Shown here in pieces: positions 18,595 to 26,602 of a stretch of DNA of 37,612 bases; within the stretch, counting starts at the first letter, position 1; each line of letters opens with the position of its first letter. The DNA comes from Clostridia bacterium (GTDB taxonomy: Bacteria > Bacillota > Clostridia > Christensenellales > QALW01). Made by a program: the position numbers and the translations under genes. The notes under the pieces are model-generated. The model worked only from the letters and a program-made list of their open reading frames with translations, was not told the origin of the DNA and did no database searches. The stretch covers positions 1 to 37,612 of the forward strand of contig JAZSMS010000058.1 of the NCBI GenBank assembly GCA_045536015.1, given 5' to 3'.

Positions 18595-18630
18595 AAAAAA
18601 AGAAGGTTCTTTTAGAACCTTCTTTTTTTT
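18595..18630. terminator. Bidirectional Rho-independent terminator
   Basis: AAAAAAAGAAGGTTCT-TTT-AGAACCTTCTTTTTTT between convergent genes. Confidence 0.88.
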
Positions 18631-18645
18631 ATTGATTTAGTTGTT

Positions 18646-19422
18646 TTAACCGCCTATCTGGCAGTAGAGCCCCTTTTTTTCTACTGCCGCTTTAAAGTTT
18701 AGCATTTCCTCATTTGCGGGTGACGAGATATGCTTAAGCGTATATTCCCTTGCAAGCGCGGTATATTTATCTGCACCAAAGCTGTGATACGGCAAAAGGT
18801 GTATTTTTTTTATTCCAATGCTTTTTGCAAATTCGGCAATGGCTTCGATTTCTGCGCACGTTGCATTAAAGGTTGGCACAACGGGAACTCTGACTATAAC
18901 GTTTGCACCAAATTCAACCATTTTCTTTGCGTTTTGCAAAATTTGCTCGTTAGGCTGTCGGGTAAACTCGCGGTGCTTCAAACTGTCAATGTGCTTGATA
19001 TCAAGTAAAACCGTGTCAAGCAAGGGGAGAATCTTCTCGTAAACCGACCACTCGGCAAAGCCAGTAGTTTCTATACAAGTATTTATTCCGCGTTCTTTTG
19101 CGCAGGCTAAAAGAGCATGGGCAAATTCGGGCTGGGCAGTTGCTTCGCCGCCCGAAAGCGTTATTCCGCCGCCCGAGCGCCAGAAGTAAATGCGGTCCTT
19201 TTCAACCTCATCAAGAACTTCTTTAACAGTTACATCTCTGCCAACTGTTTTCTGCTTGCCTGCCTGAAGCATAGTTTCTATTTTATATTCCTGTGATTCG
19301 GGGTTGCAGCACCACTTGCACCGCAAAAAACAGCCTTTTAAAAAGACTATTGTGCGGATGCCGGGACCGTCGTGTACCGAAAAGCGCTGAATATCAAATA
19401 TTCGGCCTTTTGTGTTTTGCAT
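18646..19422 (-). CDS. Glycyl-radical enzyme activating enzyme (radical SAM), short form without the ferredoxin insert
   Basis: HDGPGIRTIVFLKGCFLRCKWCCNPES, GGITLSGGE, LLPYH. Start overlaps the GRE stop codon. Confidence 0.95.
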   Translation of the reverse strand: MQNTKGRIFDIQRFSVHDGPGIRTIVFLKGCFLRCKWCCNPESQEYKIETMLQAGKQKTVGRDVTVKEVLDEVEKDRIYFWRSGGGITLSGGEATAQPEFAHALLACAKERGINTCIETTGFAEWSVYEKILPLLDTVLLDIKHIDSLKHREFTRQPNEQILQNAKKMVEFGANVIVRVPVVPTFNATCAEIEAIAEFAKSIGIKKIHLLPYHSFGADKYTALAREYTLKHISSPANEEMLNFKAAVEKKGLYCQIGG

Positions 19423-21950
19423 TAAAAGCCTCCCTGCTCTGTACGGTTGATAATATCATCCTGAAGCGTGCGCGAAAGCGTTGTAAACAGTGCACTATAT
19501 CCTGCAACACGAACAACAAGCGACTTGTAATTTTCGGGATGCTTTTGTGCATCAAGAAGCGTTTCTCTGCTTACAACGTTAAATTGCATATGGCTTCCCT
19601 TTTGGTCAAAATATCCGCGCACAAGCGAAACAAAGCTTTCAAGGCCCGAGCGACCTGCAAGTGCAGAGGGATGGAATTTCATATTGTAAAGCGTGCCGTT
19701 TGATGCAATATAGTGGTCAAGGCGCGAAACTGAGTTTGCCGCCGCCGTAGGACCGTGCGTATCTCGACCTGATGCAGGTGAAACACCGTCGGCAACGGGA
19801 GCGTAGGCAATTCTGCCGTCGGGAAGAGCACCCGTCTGCGCACCAAGCGGAACGTTTGCCGAAACAGGATAAAGTCCTGCTTGGAACTTGCCGCCACGTG
19901 GGTTAGAATAATTTTCAAGGTCGCGAGTGTAGGTGTAAGCTACTTCGCGGGCAAAGGCGTCGATTTCGTGGCAGTCGTTGCCGTATTTATCAAGTGAATT
20001 GATGTCCTCAAGCATTTGTGCAAAGAACAACTTTTTATCTTGTGAGCAGTTGTTTTTAGAAATTTTTTCGTAAATAGCGCGAATATCGTCGGGCGTTGCC
20101 TTAACACCGTTTTTAGCAAGTGCTACAACAGCCTGCGTTGTAAGCTTGCGCGCCATAGCTTCTTCCATATCCAAGCCGTAGTTGTTTGCAAGCGCATCGG
20201 CAAAATCGTCAAGACTGTATTTTTCCTGCTCGAAAACAAGTTTTTTAATTGCCCAAAGCGAGTCTGCCATATTTGCAATACCAAAGCCCTGAGGACCTGT
20301 AAAGTTGTAGATTGCACCGCCTTCCTGCAAGGCTTTACCGCGCGCGATACAGTCAGAAACCATACAAGATTCAAACGGCAACGGGCAACGCTCGGCGTGA
20401 GCAACATCAATAGCGTTATCGGCATTAACCAAAAGTTGAATCATATAGTGCATATGTGTTTTGTATGCGTCAAAAAATTCTTCAAAGCTTTCGATATTGT
20501 GTACGGGCGGTGTCTGCGGCGAAACTTGAACGCCCTTATCAATACCCGAGGAGAAAACCATTTCAAGCGGGCGGCACATATTAAAGAAAGCGGCATCGTG
20601 CCAGCCTTCCGTTTTGCCCGATTTTTGAGGCTCTACACAGCCGATAATGTTATAATCGCGCGCGTCTTCAAGCGAAAGACCGCGGCTGATAAGCGAGGGG
20701 ATAATAACCTCGTCGTTATAATATGCAGGAAGACCTATGCCCGAACGCGTAACCTCGCCTGCCTTAATTAAAAGGTCGTGAGGTGAACAGTTCCAAACGC
20801 GGATAGAAAGCGAGGGCTGGGGAAGCGGAACGTGAAGTGCACATTCTAAGCACATAAACGATAAATCGTTTGTAGCGTCAAGACCTTCTGCATTTTGTCC
20901 GCCACAGATGAGGTTCTGGAAAAGCGAATAACCTGCAAAGCCTTCGGCTGAAGCGGCATCGCGCACTTTATTAAGGTCGTTTAATTTAACCCAAATGCAG
21001 TCCATAAGCTCCTGGGCAAATTCCATAGTAAGCTTGTTTGCATCGATATCCTTTTTATAGTAGGGGTACATATATTGGTCAAATCTTCCGGGCGAAATTG
21101 AGTGACCGCTTGATTCAATCTGCAAGAGCATCTGAACAAACCAGAAAGACTGACAAGCCTCGTAAAAGCTCGAAGCGCCGTTTGCAGGAACGTTTTCGCA
21201 GTTTTTTGCAATAAGCAAAAGCTCGTTTTTGCGCTCTAAATTTGCCTCTGCTTCTGCCATGCTTTTAGCAAGCTCGGCATAGCGCTTTGCATATAAAATA
21301 GCGGCGTCACAGCTGATAATTACAGCGTTTAAAAAGTGACTGCGCTTAGGAAAATCGCCCGAAGCAACGGTATGCTTTTTAAGCTCGCATTCAGCTTCGG
21401 CGCGAATGCCTGCAAAGCCAATTTTAAGCACTTTTGCATAGTCGACAGTAACGTGACCTACACCATTATAAAAATAGTTTCCGGGCGTAAAAAAGTTATG
21501 CTCAATAGCCAAAAGAGTTTCTTTTGCCATGTATTCGGTAGCAAGCTCGCTTGTGGTTTTGCCTTTCCAATAGGAGTTTGCTTCCTTTAAGCGGGCTTTT
21601 GTTTCTTCCGAAATATAAAACGGGTCGGCACTTCTTTGCTCGATAGTATCAAACTCGTCCTCAAGCCACGAATACGAAAATTCGGGAAAGGTCTGGCAAC
21701 CCCGGGGTGCCTTTGTTGCCGAGCCGACGATAAGCTCGTCGGGACGGATAGTTATTGGAATATTTTCTAAAATATGCTTAAAAGCCTTTGCTCTGCGCGT
21801 GATTATAGGTTCGCCCTCGGTTGCTTTGTACGATTCGGTTAAAAGCACCGCACGGTCTGCCTCAATCTCGGGCATTTTTGCATATAAATCAGAAATTAAA
21901 CGTGCTATTCTTTCACTTTTTTTAACGCTTCCGGGAAAGGTTATTGACAT
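19422..21950 (-). CDS. Glycyl-radical enzyme, B12-independent 1,2-propanediol dehydratase
   Basis: IIGCVEP Cys loop, VRVAGYSA Gly loop, FFTPGNYFYNGVGH, ESSGHS, LYPVSAN. Closely resembles the Roseburia-type propanediol dehydratase as I recall it. Confidence 0.88.
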   Translation of the reverse strand: MSITFPGSVKKSERIARLISDLYAKMPEIEADRAVLLTESYKATEGEPIITRRAKAFKHILENIPITIRPDELIVGSATKAPRGCQTFPEFSYSWLEDEFDTIEQRSADPFYISEETKARLKEANSYWKGKTTSELATEYMAKETLLAIEHNFFTPGNYFYNGVGHVTVDYAKVLKIGFAGIRAEAECELKKHTVASGDFPKRSHFLNAVIISCDAAILYAKRYAELAKSMAEAEANLERKNELLLIAKNCENVPANGASSFYEACQSFWFVQMLLQIESSGHSISPGRFDQYMYPYYKKDIDANKLTMEFAQELMDCIWVKLNDLNKVRDAASAEGFAGYSLFQNLICGGQNAEGLDATNDLSFMCLECALHVPLPQPSLSIRVWNCSPHDLLIKAGEVTRSGIGLPAYYNDEVIIPSLISRGLSLEDARDYNIIGCVEPQKSGKTEGWHDAAFFNMCRPLEMVFSSGIDKGVQVSPQTPPVHNIESFEEFFDAYKTHMHYMIQLLVNADNAIDVAHAERCPLPFESCMVSDCIARGKALQEGGAIYNFTGPQGFGIANMADSLWAIKKLVFEQEKYSLDDFADALANNYGLDMEEAMARKLTTQAVVALAKNGVKATPDDIRAIYEKISKNNCSQDKKLFFAQMLEDINSLDKYGNDCHEIDAFAREVAYTYTRDLENYSNPRGGKFQAGLYPVSANVPLGAQTGALPDGRIAYAPVADGVSPASGRDTHGPTAAANSVSRLDHYIASNGTLYNMKFHPSALAGRSGLESFVSLVRGYFDQKGSHMQFNVVSRETLLDAQKHPENYKSLVVRVAGYSALFTTLSRTLQDDIINRTEQGGF

Positions 21951-21992
21951 CAGAATTACTCCTTGGATAAAAATATACTAATTTACATTATT

Positions 21993-22020
21993 ATTGTACC
22001 ATAAAAAAATCAAATGTCAA
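21993..22020 (-). promoter_or_regulatory. SigA promoter for the GRE operon
   Basis: Minus strand TTGACA, 16 bp spacer, TACAAT with an extended TG. AAGGAG RBS at 21959-21964. Confidence 0.65.
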
Positions 22021-22151
22021 CACAAAACAAGAAAAATACAATAAAAAAAATAAAAAAACCATCATAAAACACGAAAAAACAAACAAAACAACACGCATTT
22101 TTGTTGAAAAGTGAAAAAATACAGAAAATTCTTAAGCATATAAAAAAAGTG

Positions 22152-22180
22152 GTGCAAAATATCACGCAATGTGTTACAAT
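22152..22180 (+). promoter_or_regulatory. Putative extended -10 promoter for the apgM operon
   Basis: GTGCAA, 17 bp spacer, TACAAT preceded by TG. Confidence 0.45.
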
Positions 22181-22209
22181 ATTAATAGTTAACTTTTTGA
22201 GGTGATAAA

Positions 22210-23415
22210 ATGAAATATTTAGTTTTGCTTGGCGACGGAATGTCAGATTTTCCCGTTGCAGAGCTTAATAACAAAACTCCTATGGAGTCGGCAAAAAAGC
22301 CGCTTATAGACTATATGGCTTCGCATGGCGAGGTGGGTATGTGCAAAATAACCCCCGACGGTTGCAAGGGAGGCAGTGACGTTGGAAACCTTGCGGTAAT
22401 GGGGTACGACCCAAGAATATTTTTAACGGGTCGCGCACCTATTGAAGCGGCGGCAATGGGTATAGAGATGAGCAGTAACGATATTGCAGTAAGATGCAAT
22501 CTTGCCTGTGTTTCCGATGAAGAAGATTATTGCGATAAAACTATGGTAGATTACAGCAGTGACGAGATAACCTCTGCTGAAGCGCAACAACTTATCGATA
22601 CACTTAATGAACAGCTTGCCGATGAGAGTATTCACTTTTATGCAGGCGTTTCGTACAGACATATTTTAATAGTTCATTCGGGCTCGGCAAACGCTACCTT
22701 TACGCCTCCACACGATATAACGGGCAACAAGGTTGCAGAGTTTCTTCCCAAAGGCGAAGTTGGCGAGTTTTATCTTGATATAATGAAAAAGAGCTACGAT
22801 ATTCTTTCAAAGCATCCGGTAAACAAAAAGAGAATTGAGGCAGGCAAGCGTCCTGCAAACACCTGCTGGTTCTGGGGAATTGGCACAAAGCCAGGACTTT
22901 CGCCGTTTGAAGAAAAATACTCGCGCTCGGGTGCAGTCGTAACGGCAGTAGACCTTGTTAAAGGAATAGGTGCGCTTGCGGGTATGCAGAGCTATGACGT
23001 TGAAGGCGCAACCGGCACGCTTGAAACCAACTTTATGGGTAAGGCAGCGGCAACGTTAAAGGCGTTTGATGATGGTTTTGATTTTTGCTATCTTCACTTT
23101 GAAGGTCCCGATGAGTGCGGTCACCGCCATGAGATTGAACGCAAGGTAAAGGCAATAGAAATGCTTGACCAGGTGCTTGAATTTGTTGTTGGCGGATTGA
23201 AGGCGCGCGGCGAGGAGTTTGGTGTTTTGATAATGCCCGACCATCCTACACCCGTTTCGACTGGCTCGCATTCAAGCGCAAACGTACCGTACGCAATGTA
23301 TTTCAGCAATAACGAGCGTTGCTCGGGTGTCGATAATTTTTGCGAAAAGCAAGCCGAAGCAACGGGCAAGCTTCAGGACCCCGGCTTTGAGCTTTTAGAG
23401 AGGTTTTTAAAATAA
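22210..23415 (+). CDS. apgM: Cofactor-independent phosphoglycerate mutase, ApgM (archaeal-type) family
   Basis: LGDGMSD, TPMESA, GSDVGNL, GRAPIEA, PPHDI, GATG, PDECGH, MPDHPTP, HSS..VP. Confidence 0.88.
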   Translation: MKYLVLLGDGMSDFPVAELNNKTPMESAKKPLIDYMASHGEVGMCKITPDGCKGGSDVGNLAVMGYDPRIFLTGRAPIEAAAMGIEMSSNDIAVRCNLACVSDEEDYCDKTMVDYSSDEITSAEAQQLIDTLNEQLADESIHFYAGVSYRHILIVHSGSANATFTPPHDITGNKVAEFLPKGEVGEFYLDIMKKSYDILSKHPVNKKRIEAGKRPANTCWFWGIGTKPGLSPFEEKYSRSGAVVTAVDLVKGIGALAGMQSYDVEGATGTLETNFMGKAAATLKAFDDGFDFCYLHFEGPDECGHRHEIERKVKAIEMLDQVLEFVVGGLKARGEEFGVLIMPDHPTPVSTGSHSSANVPYAMYFSNNERCSGVDNFCEKQAEATGKLQDPGFELLERFLK

Positions 23416-24450
23416 ATGGAAAACGCACAACTTAACGCGGAGCTTAATACAGAGCTTAACGTAGAACTTAATAAATACGAACAAGAAGCTTATAACGATA
23501 AGCGCTTTCCTAAAAGGTGGCAGGCGTTTTTAGCATCGGCACTTATGCGTACTGCGGGCGGAATTGTAGCAACGGTAATAATACTCGTTTTACAACAGCT
23601 TATTATGCGCGGTGTAATTAATTTTTCAAGTGAATTTGGCGCAGATATGTTTAACGCAGTAATATCACAAATATGTATGGTTCTGCCTATTCCGCTTATT
23701 TTTATGTTTGTTTTTAAAAATGACATTGGCGAAACGTTAAGACTTAAAAAGGACATTGATGCCCTGCAAATACTGTTAATTGCAGGTATGTGCATAGGTG
23801 CATTTATTCCTGCGCAGTACGTCAACGGCGTTGTTGTGATGGTTTTGCAAAGCTTTTTAGGTGAGCCGATGGAGTTAAGCGGCGTTACAAGTGCGCAAAA
23901 CATAGTTCAGCTTTTATCCGAGATTGTTATAATAGGATTTTTACCTGCAATATGTGAAGAAGTTTTCTATCGCGGATACGTGCTAAGGGGACTTGAACGC
24001 AAGGGTAATAAAAAGTATGCTCTTTTAATTTCGTCTTTGCTATTTGCAGTTATGCACGGAAACTTTCAGCAAATGACATACGCGTTTGCACTTGGAATTT
24101 TACTTGGCTTTGTAGTGTTAAAGACAGATTCGCTTTTATCCTCTATCGTAATGCACGCTACGTTTAACATTATCTCGGTAATTTTAAGCTATGGACCGAT
24201 AAACGATTTTTACGTTCAATATAACGCCCAGATAGTTGCTGTTGCTCTTATCTTCTCACCCGCACTGCTTGCAGGAAGCATTGTATTGTTTTCGCTTTAT
24301 ACAAAAAAGAGAAACGCACGTCTTGGCACCTCAAACGCCTTGCCTACTTACGAAAGCATAAAGGAAAAGCCTTACGAAAACGTTTTAAGCATAGTGCTTT
24401 TTGTAGCGTTTATTTTAACAAACGTTGCAGAAGCGTTTTTAGCGTGGTAA
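23416..24450 (+). CDS. CPBP (Abi / type II CAAX) family intramembrane metalloprotease
   Basis: Multiple TM helices, EEVFYRG, FAVMH, HATFN. Confidence 0.9.
   Translation: MENAQLNAELNTELNVELNKYEQEAYNDKRFPKRWQAFLASALMRTAGGIVATVIILVLQQLIMRGVINFSSEFGADMFNAVISQICMVLPIPLIFMFVFKNDIGETLRLKKDIDALQILLIAGMCIGAFIPAQYVNGVVVMVLQSFLGEPMELSGVTSAQNIVQLLSEIVIIGFLPAICEEVFYRGYVLRGLERKGNKKYALLISSLLFAVMHGNFQQMTYAFALGILLGFVVLKTDSLLSSIVMHATFNIISVILSYGPINDFYVQYNAQIVAVALIFSPALLAGSIVLFSLYTKKRNARLGTSNALPTYESIKEKPYENVLSIVLFVAFILTNVAEAFLAW
23431..23478 (+). repeat. Four imperfect 12-bp tandem repeats in the CPBP N-terminus
   Basis: CTTAACGCGGAG / CTTAATACAGAG / CTTAACGTAGAA / CTTAATAAATAC, encoding LNAE-LNTE-LNVE-LNKY. 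Confidence 0.7.
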
Positions 24451-24451
24451 A

Positions 24452-24919
24452 ATGAACGTTAAAATTTTGGCAGTAGGCAAAATACAGTCGATGTATAAGC
24501 CTATAATAGAAGAATTTGAAAAAAGACTTTCGCGTTACTGTAAGCTTGAAATTATTGAGGTTGCCGACGAGCAAGCACCTGAAAAGCTCTCGGAGGCACA
24601 AAAAAAGCAGGTAATGCTTGCCGAGTGGGAAAGGCTTAATAAAAAAATAAAAGAAACCGACTTTGTCGTTGCACTTGATTCGCGCGGGAAAAAGTTTTCT
24701 TCAAGCGGCTTTGCCGAGTTTGTTGATAAAAATAACGATAAGCAGATTGTCTTTATTTTAGGCGGCTCGCTTGGCTTTTGTGACGAGGCACTTTTGCGTG
24801 CAAACGCAAAGTGCTCGCTTTCGGATATGACCTTTACGCATTCGATGGCACGCGTTATTTTAATAGAGCAGATTTACCGTGCGTTTAGAATAATTAAAAA
24901 CGAACCGTATCATAAATAG
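24452..24919 (+). CDS. rlmH: 23S rRNA (pseudouridine1915-N3)-methyltransferase
   Basis: AVGK, LDSRGK..SS, FILGGSLG, SLSDMTFTH, EQIYRAF.I...PYHK. Confidence 0.96.
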   Translation: MNVKILAVGKIQSMYKPIIEEFEKRLSRYCKLEIIEVADEQAPEKLSEAQKKQVMLAEWERLNKKIKETDFVVALDSRGKKFSSSGFAEFVDKNNDKQIVFILGGSLGFCDEALLRANAKCSLSDMTFTHSMARVILIEQIYRAFRIIKNEPYHK

Positions 24920-24928
24920 GAGGAAAGT

Positions 24929-26119
24929 ATGAGGATAAATAAGTTAATAATTACCTTACTTATCATTTGCTTACTTTTTGCAGGCTGCAAGCCTAAAAAC
25001 GTAGATCAGCCCGAAGGCTCGGGCGAAACTATCGAGCCCGCAGGCGACGTAACGACGCTTGAGGACGAAAACTATACCTATGAAAAGTTTTTACAAAATG
25101 CACAGACTATAAGTGAAAAATATTCTGATAAAGTACAGATGGGCGTTTTTGGTAAAAGTACATTTAACCGTGAGCTTTTATACTTTGCAATAGGCTCGCA
25201 AAACGCACAAAAGAAAATTTTAGTCGTTGCAGGTATAAATGGCAACGAAAGTGCTTTTTCGCTTTTGGCAACAAAGCAGATAGAGACGTATCTTGAAGAT
25301 TTATCAAGAACGTATAAAAACAAATCTTATCAGCAGATTTTAGATTCGTGCCGTATCTATTTTGTTCCTATGCTTAACCCTGACGGAATTTCTATTGCAC
25401 TAAAGGGTATAGAGAGCGTTCCCGAGGATAAAAAGCAGATTGTTGAGGAAATATATTCATACTCTGTCGAGCAGGGACTTTTAGAAAAGAAAAAGGGATA
25501 TTCTTCCTGGCGTGCAAACGGACTTGGCGTTGACCTTTCTATGAATTTTGGCGTAGGAAACGTTCAATCAAGCGTTGTTCAGACGCGCGCCGCAAGCAAA
25601 GGCTATCCCGAGCATCAGTTAAGCTCGCCCGAGGCAAGTGCAGTTGCGGGGCTTATTCAAAATAATAATATTGATTCCGTTATAGCCTACAGCGGCAGTG
25701 GAAACGTGGTTGACTGGCAGTTTGGTCAAACGGTTGCCTCGCTTCAGCAAAGTCTTGATATTTCAAACGAGCTTGCCGCATTAACAGGTTTTTCGCGCGT
25801 TGACGTTGGCGGTCCTACAAAGAAGAATTTTATAACTATGTCGATTAAGGATTGGTTTATTGCAGAATTTGATAAGCCTGCATTTACGCTTAGTTTAGGT
25901 AATCCTGAAGATAAAATTTCGCTTAACGAAGACGAGTTGCGAGCAGTTTGGAACGTTACCTCGCTTGTTCCGATAGTTTTAGCGTGGAATATTGCATTCT
26001 ATACAGCACCCGTTATTCCCCAGCAAACGCCTACGCTTGCACCCGGCCAGACACCTGCGCCCACGCCTACTTTAGAGCCCGGAAAGACACCGCAGGTAGA
26101 TTACGATTATATTGATTGA
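24929..26119 (+). CDS. Lipoprotein with an M14 zinc-carboxypeptidase-like fold, probably catalytically degenerate; Pro/Thr-rich tail
   Basis: Lipobox FAG-C, GKS..NREL, VPMLNPDG, WRANGLGVDL..NF, SSPEA, DWF. Zinc and catalytic residues are substituted. Confidence 0.78.
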   Translation: MRINKLIITLLIICLLFAGCKPKNVDQPEGSGETIEPAGDVTTLEDENYTYEKFLQNAQTISEKYSDKVQMGVFGKSTFNRELLYFAIGSQNAQKKILVVAGINGNESAFSLLATKQIETYLEDLSRTYKNKSYQQILDSCRIYFVPMLNPDGISIALKGIESVPEDKKQIVEEIYSYSVEQGLLEKKKGYSSWRANGLGVDLSMNFGVGNVQSSVVQTRAASKGYPEHQLSSPEASAVAGLIQNNNIDSVIAYSGSGNVVDWQFGQTVASLQQSLDISNELAALTGFSRVDVGGPTKKNFITMSIKDWFIAEFDKPAFTLSLGNPEDKISLNEDELRAVWNVTSLVPIVLAWNIAFYTAPVIPQQTPTLAPGQTPAPTPTLEPGKTPQVDYDYID

Positions 26120-26120
26120 T

Positions 26121-26582
26121 ATGATTTATAAAGATGATTCTTACTTTATGCTTCGCGCGCTTAACGAGGCTAAAAAGGCGTATTCGCTTGGCGAAGTTCC
26201 TGTCGGCGCGGTTGTTGTAAAAGATGGAAAAATAATTGCGCGTGGATATAATCTTCGCGAAAAGACAAACGACCCAACTGCGCACGCCGAGCTTATTGCA
26301 ATGAAAAAAGCCGCTAAAAAGCTTAATTCGTGGCGGCTTAGCGGATGCACTTTATTCGTTACGCTTGAGCCCTGTCCAATGTGCTCGGGCGTAATAATAA
26401 ACTCGCGCATTGACAAGGTTGTGTTTGGCGCTTATGACGAAAAGGCAGGCTGTTGCACAACGCTTTATCACTTGTGTAATGATGAGCGATTTAATCATCG
26501 CGCGCAGGTTTTAGGCGGCGTAGAACAAGAAAAATGTGCAAAAATACTCTCTGATTTTTTTAAAGAAAAAAGAAAAAAATAA
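26121..26582 (+). CDS. tadA: tRNA adenosine(34) deaminase
   Basis: EVPVGAVVV, DPTAHAE, WRL, TLEPCPMC, FNH, FFKEKR. Confidence 0.94.
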   Translation: MIYKDDSYFMLRALNEAKKAYSLGEVPVGAVVVKDGKIIARGYNLREKTNDPTAHAELIAMKKAAKKLNSWRLSGCTLFVTLEPCPMCSGVIINSRIDKVVFGAYDEKAGCCTTLYHLCNDERFNHRAQVLGGVEQEKCAKILSDFFKEKRKK

Positions 26583-26602
26583 CCGAGAAATCGGTTATTT
26601 TT
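26575..26602. terminator. Bidirectional terminator between tadA and the CDF gene
   Basis: AAAAATAACCGA-GAAA-TCGGTTATTTTT, overlapping both stop codons. Confidence 0.8.

Noticed and set aside
19422-21950. Pyruvate formate-lyase or choline TMA-lyase assignment
   Set aside because: It has a single-Cys GCVEP loop rather than the PFL CC pair, and the surrounding motifs fit diol dehydratases better than CutC.
23431-23478. 12-bp repeats as a CRISPR or contingency locus
   Set aside because: In-frame, degenerate, without spacers or cas genes; a low-complexity N-terminal extension.
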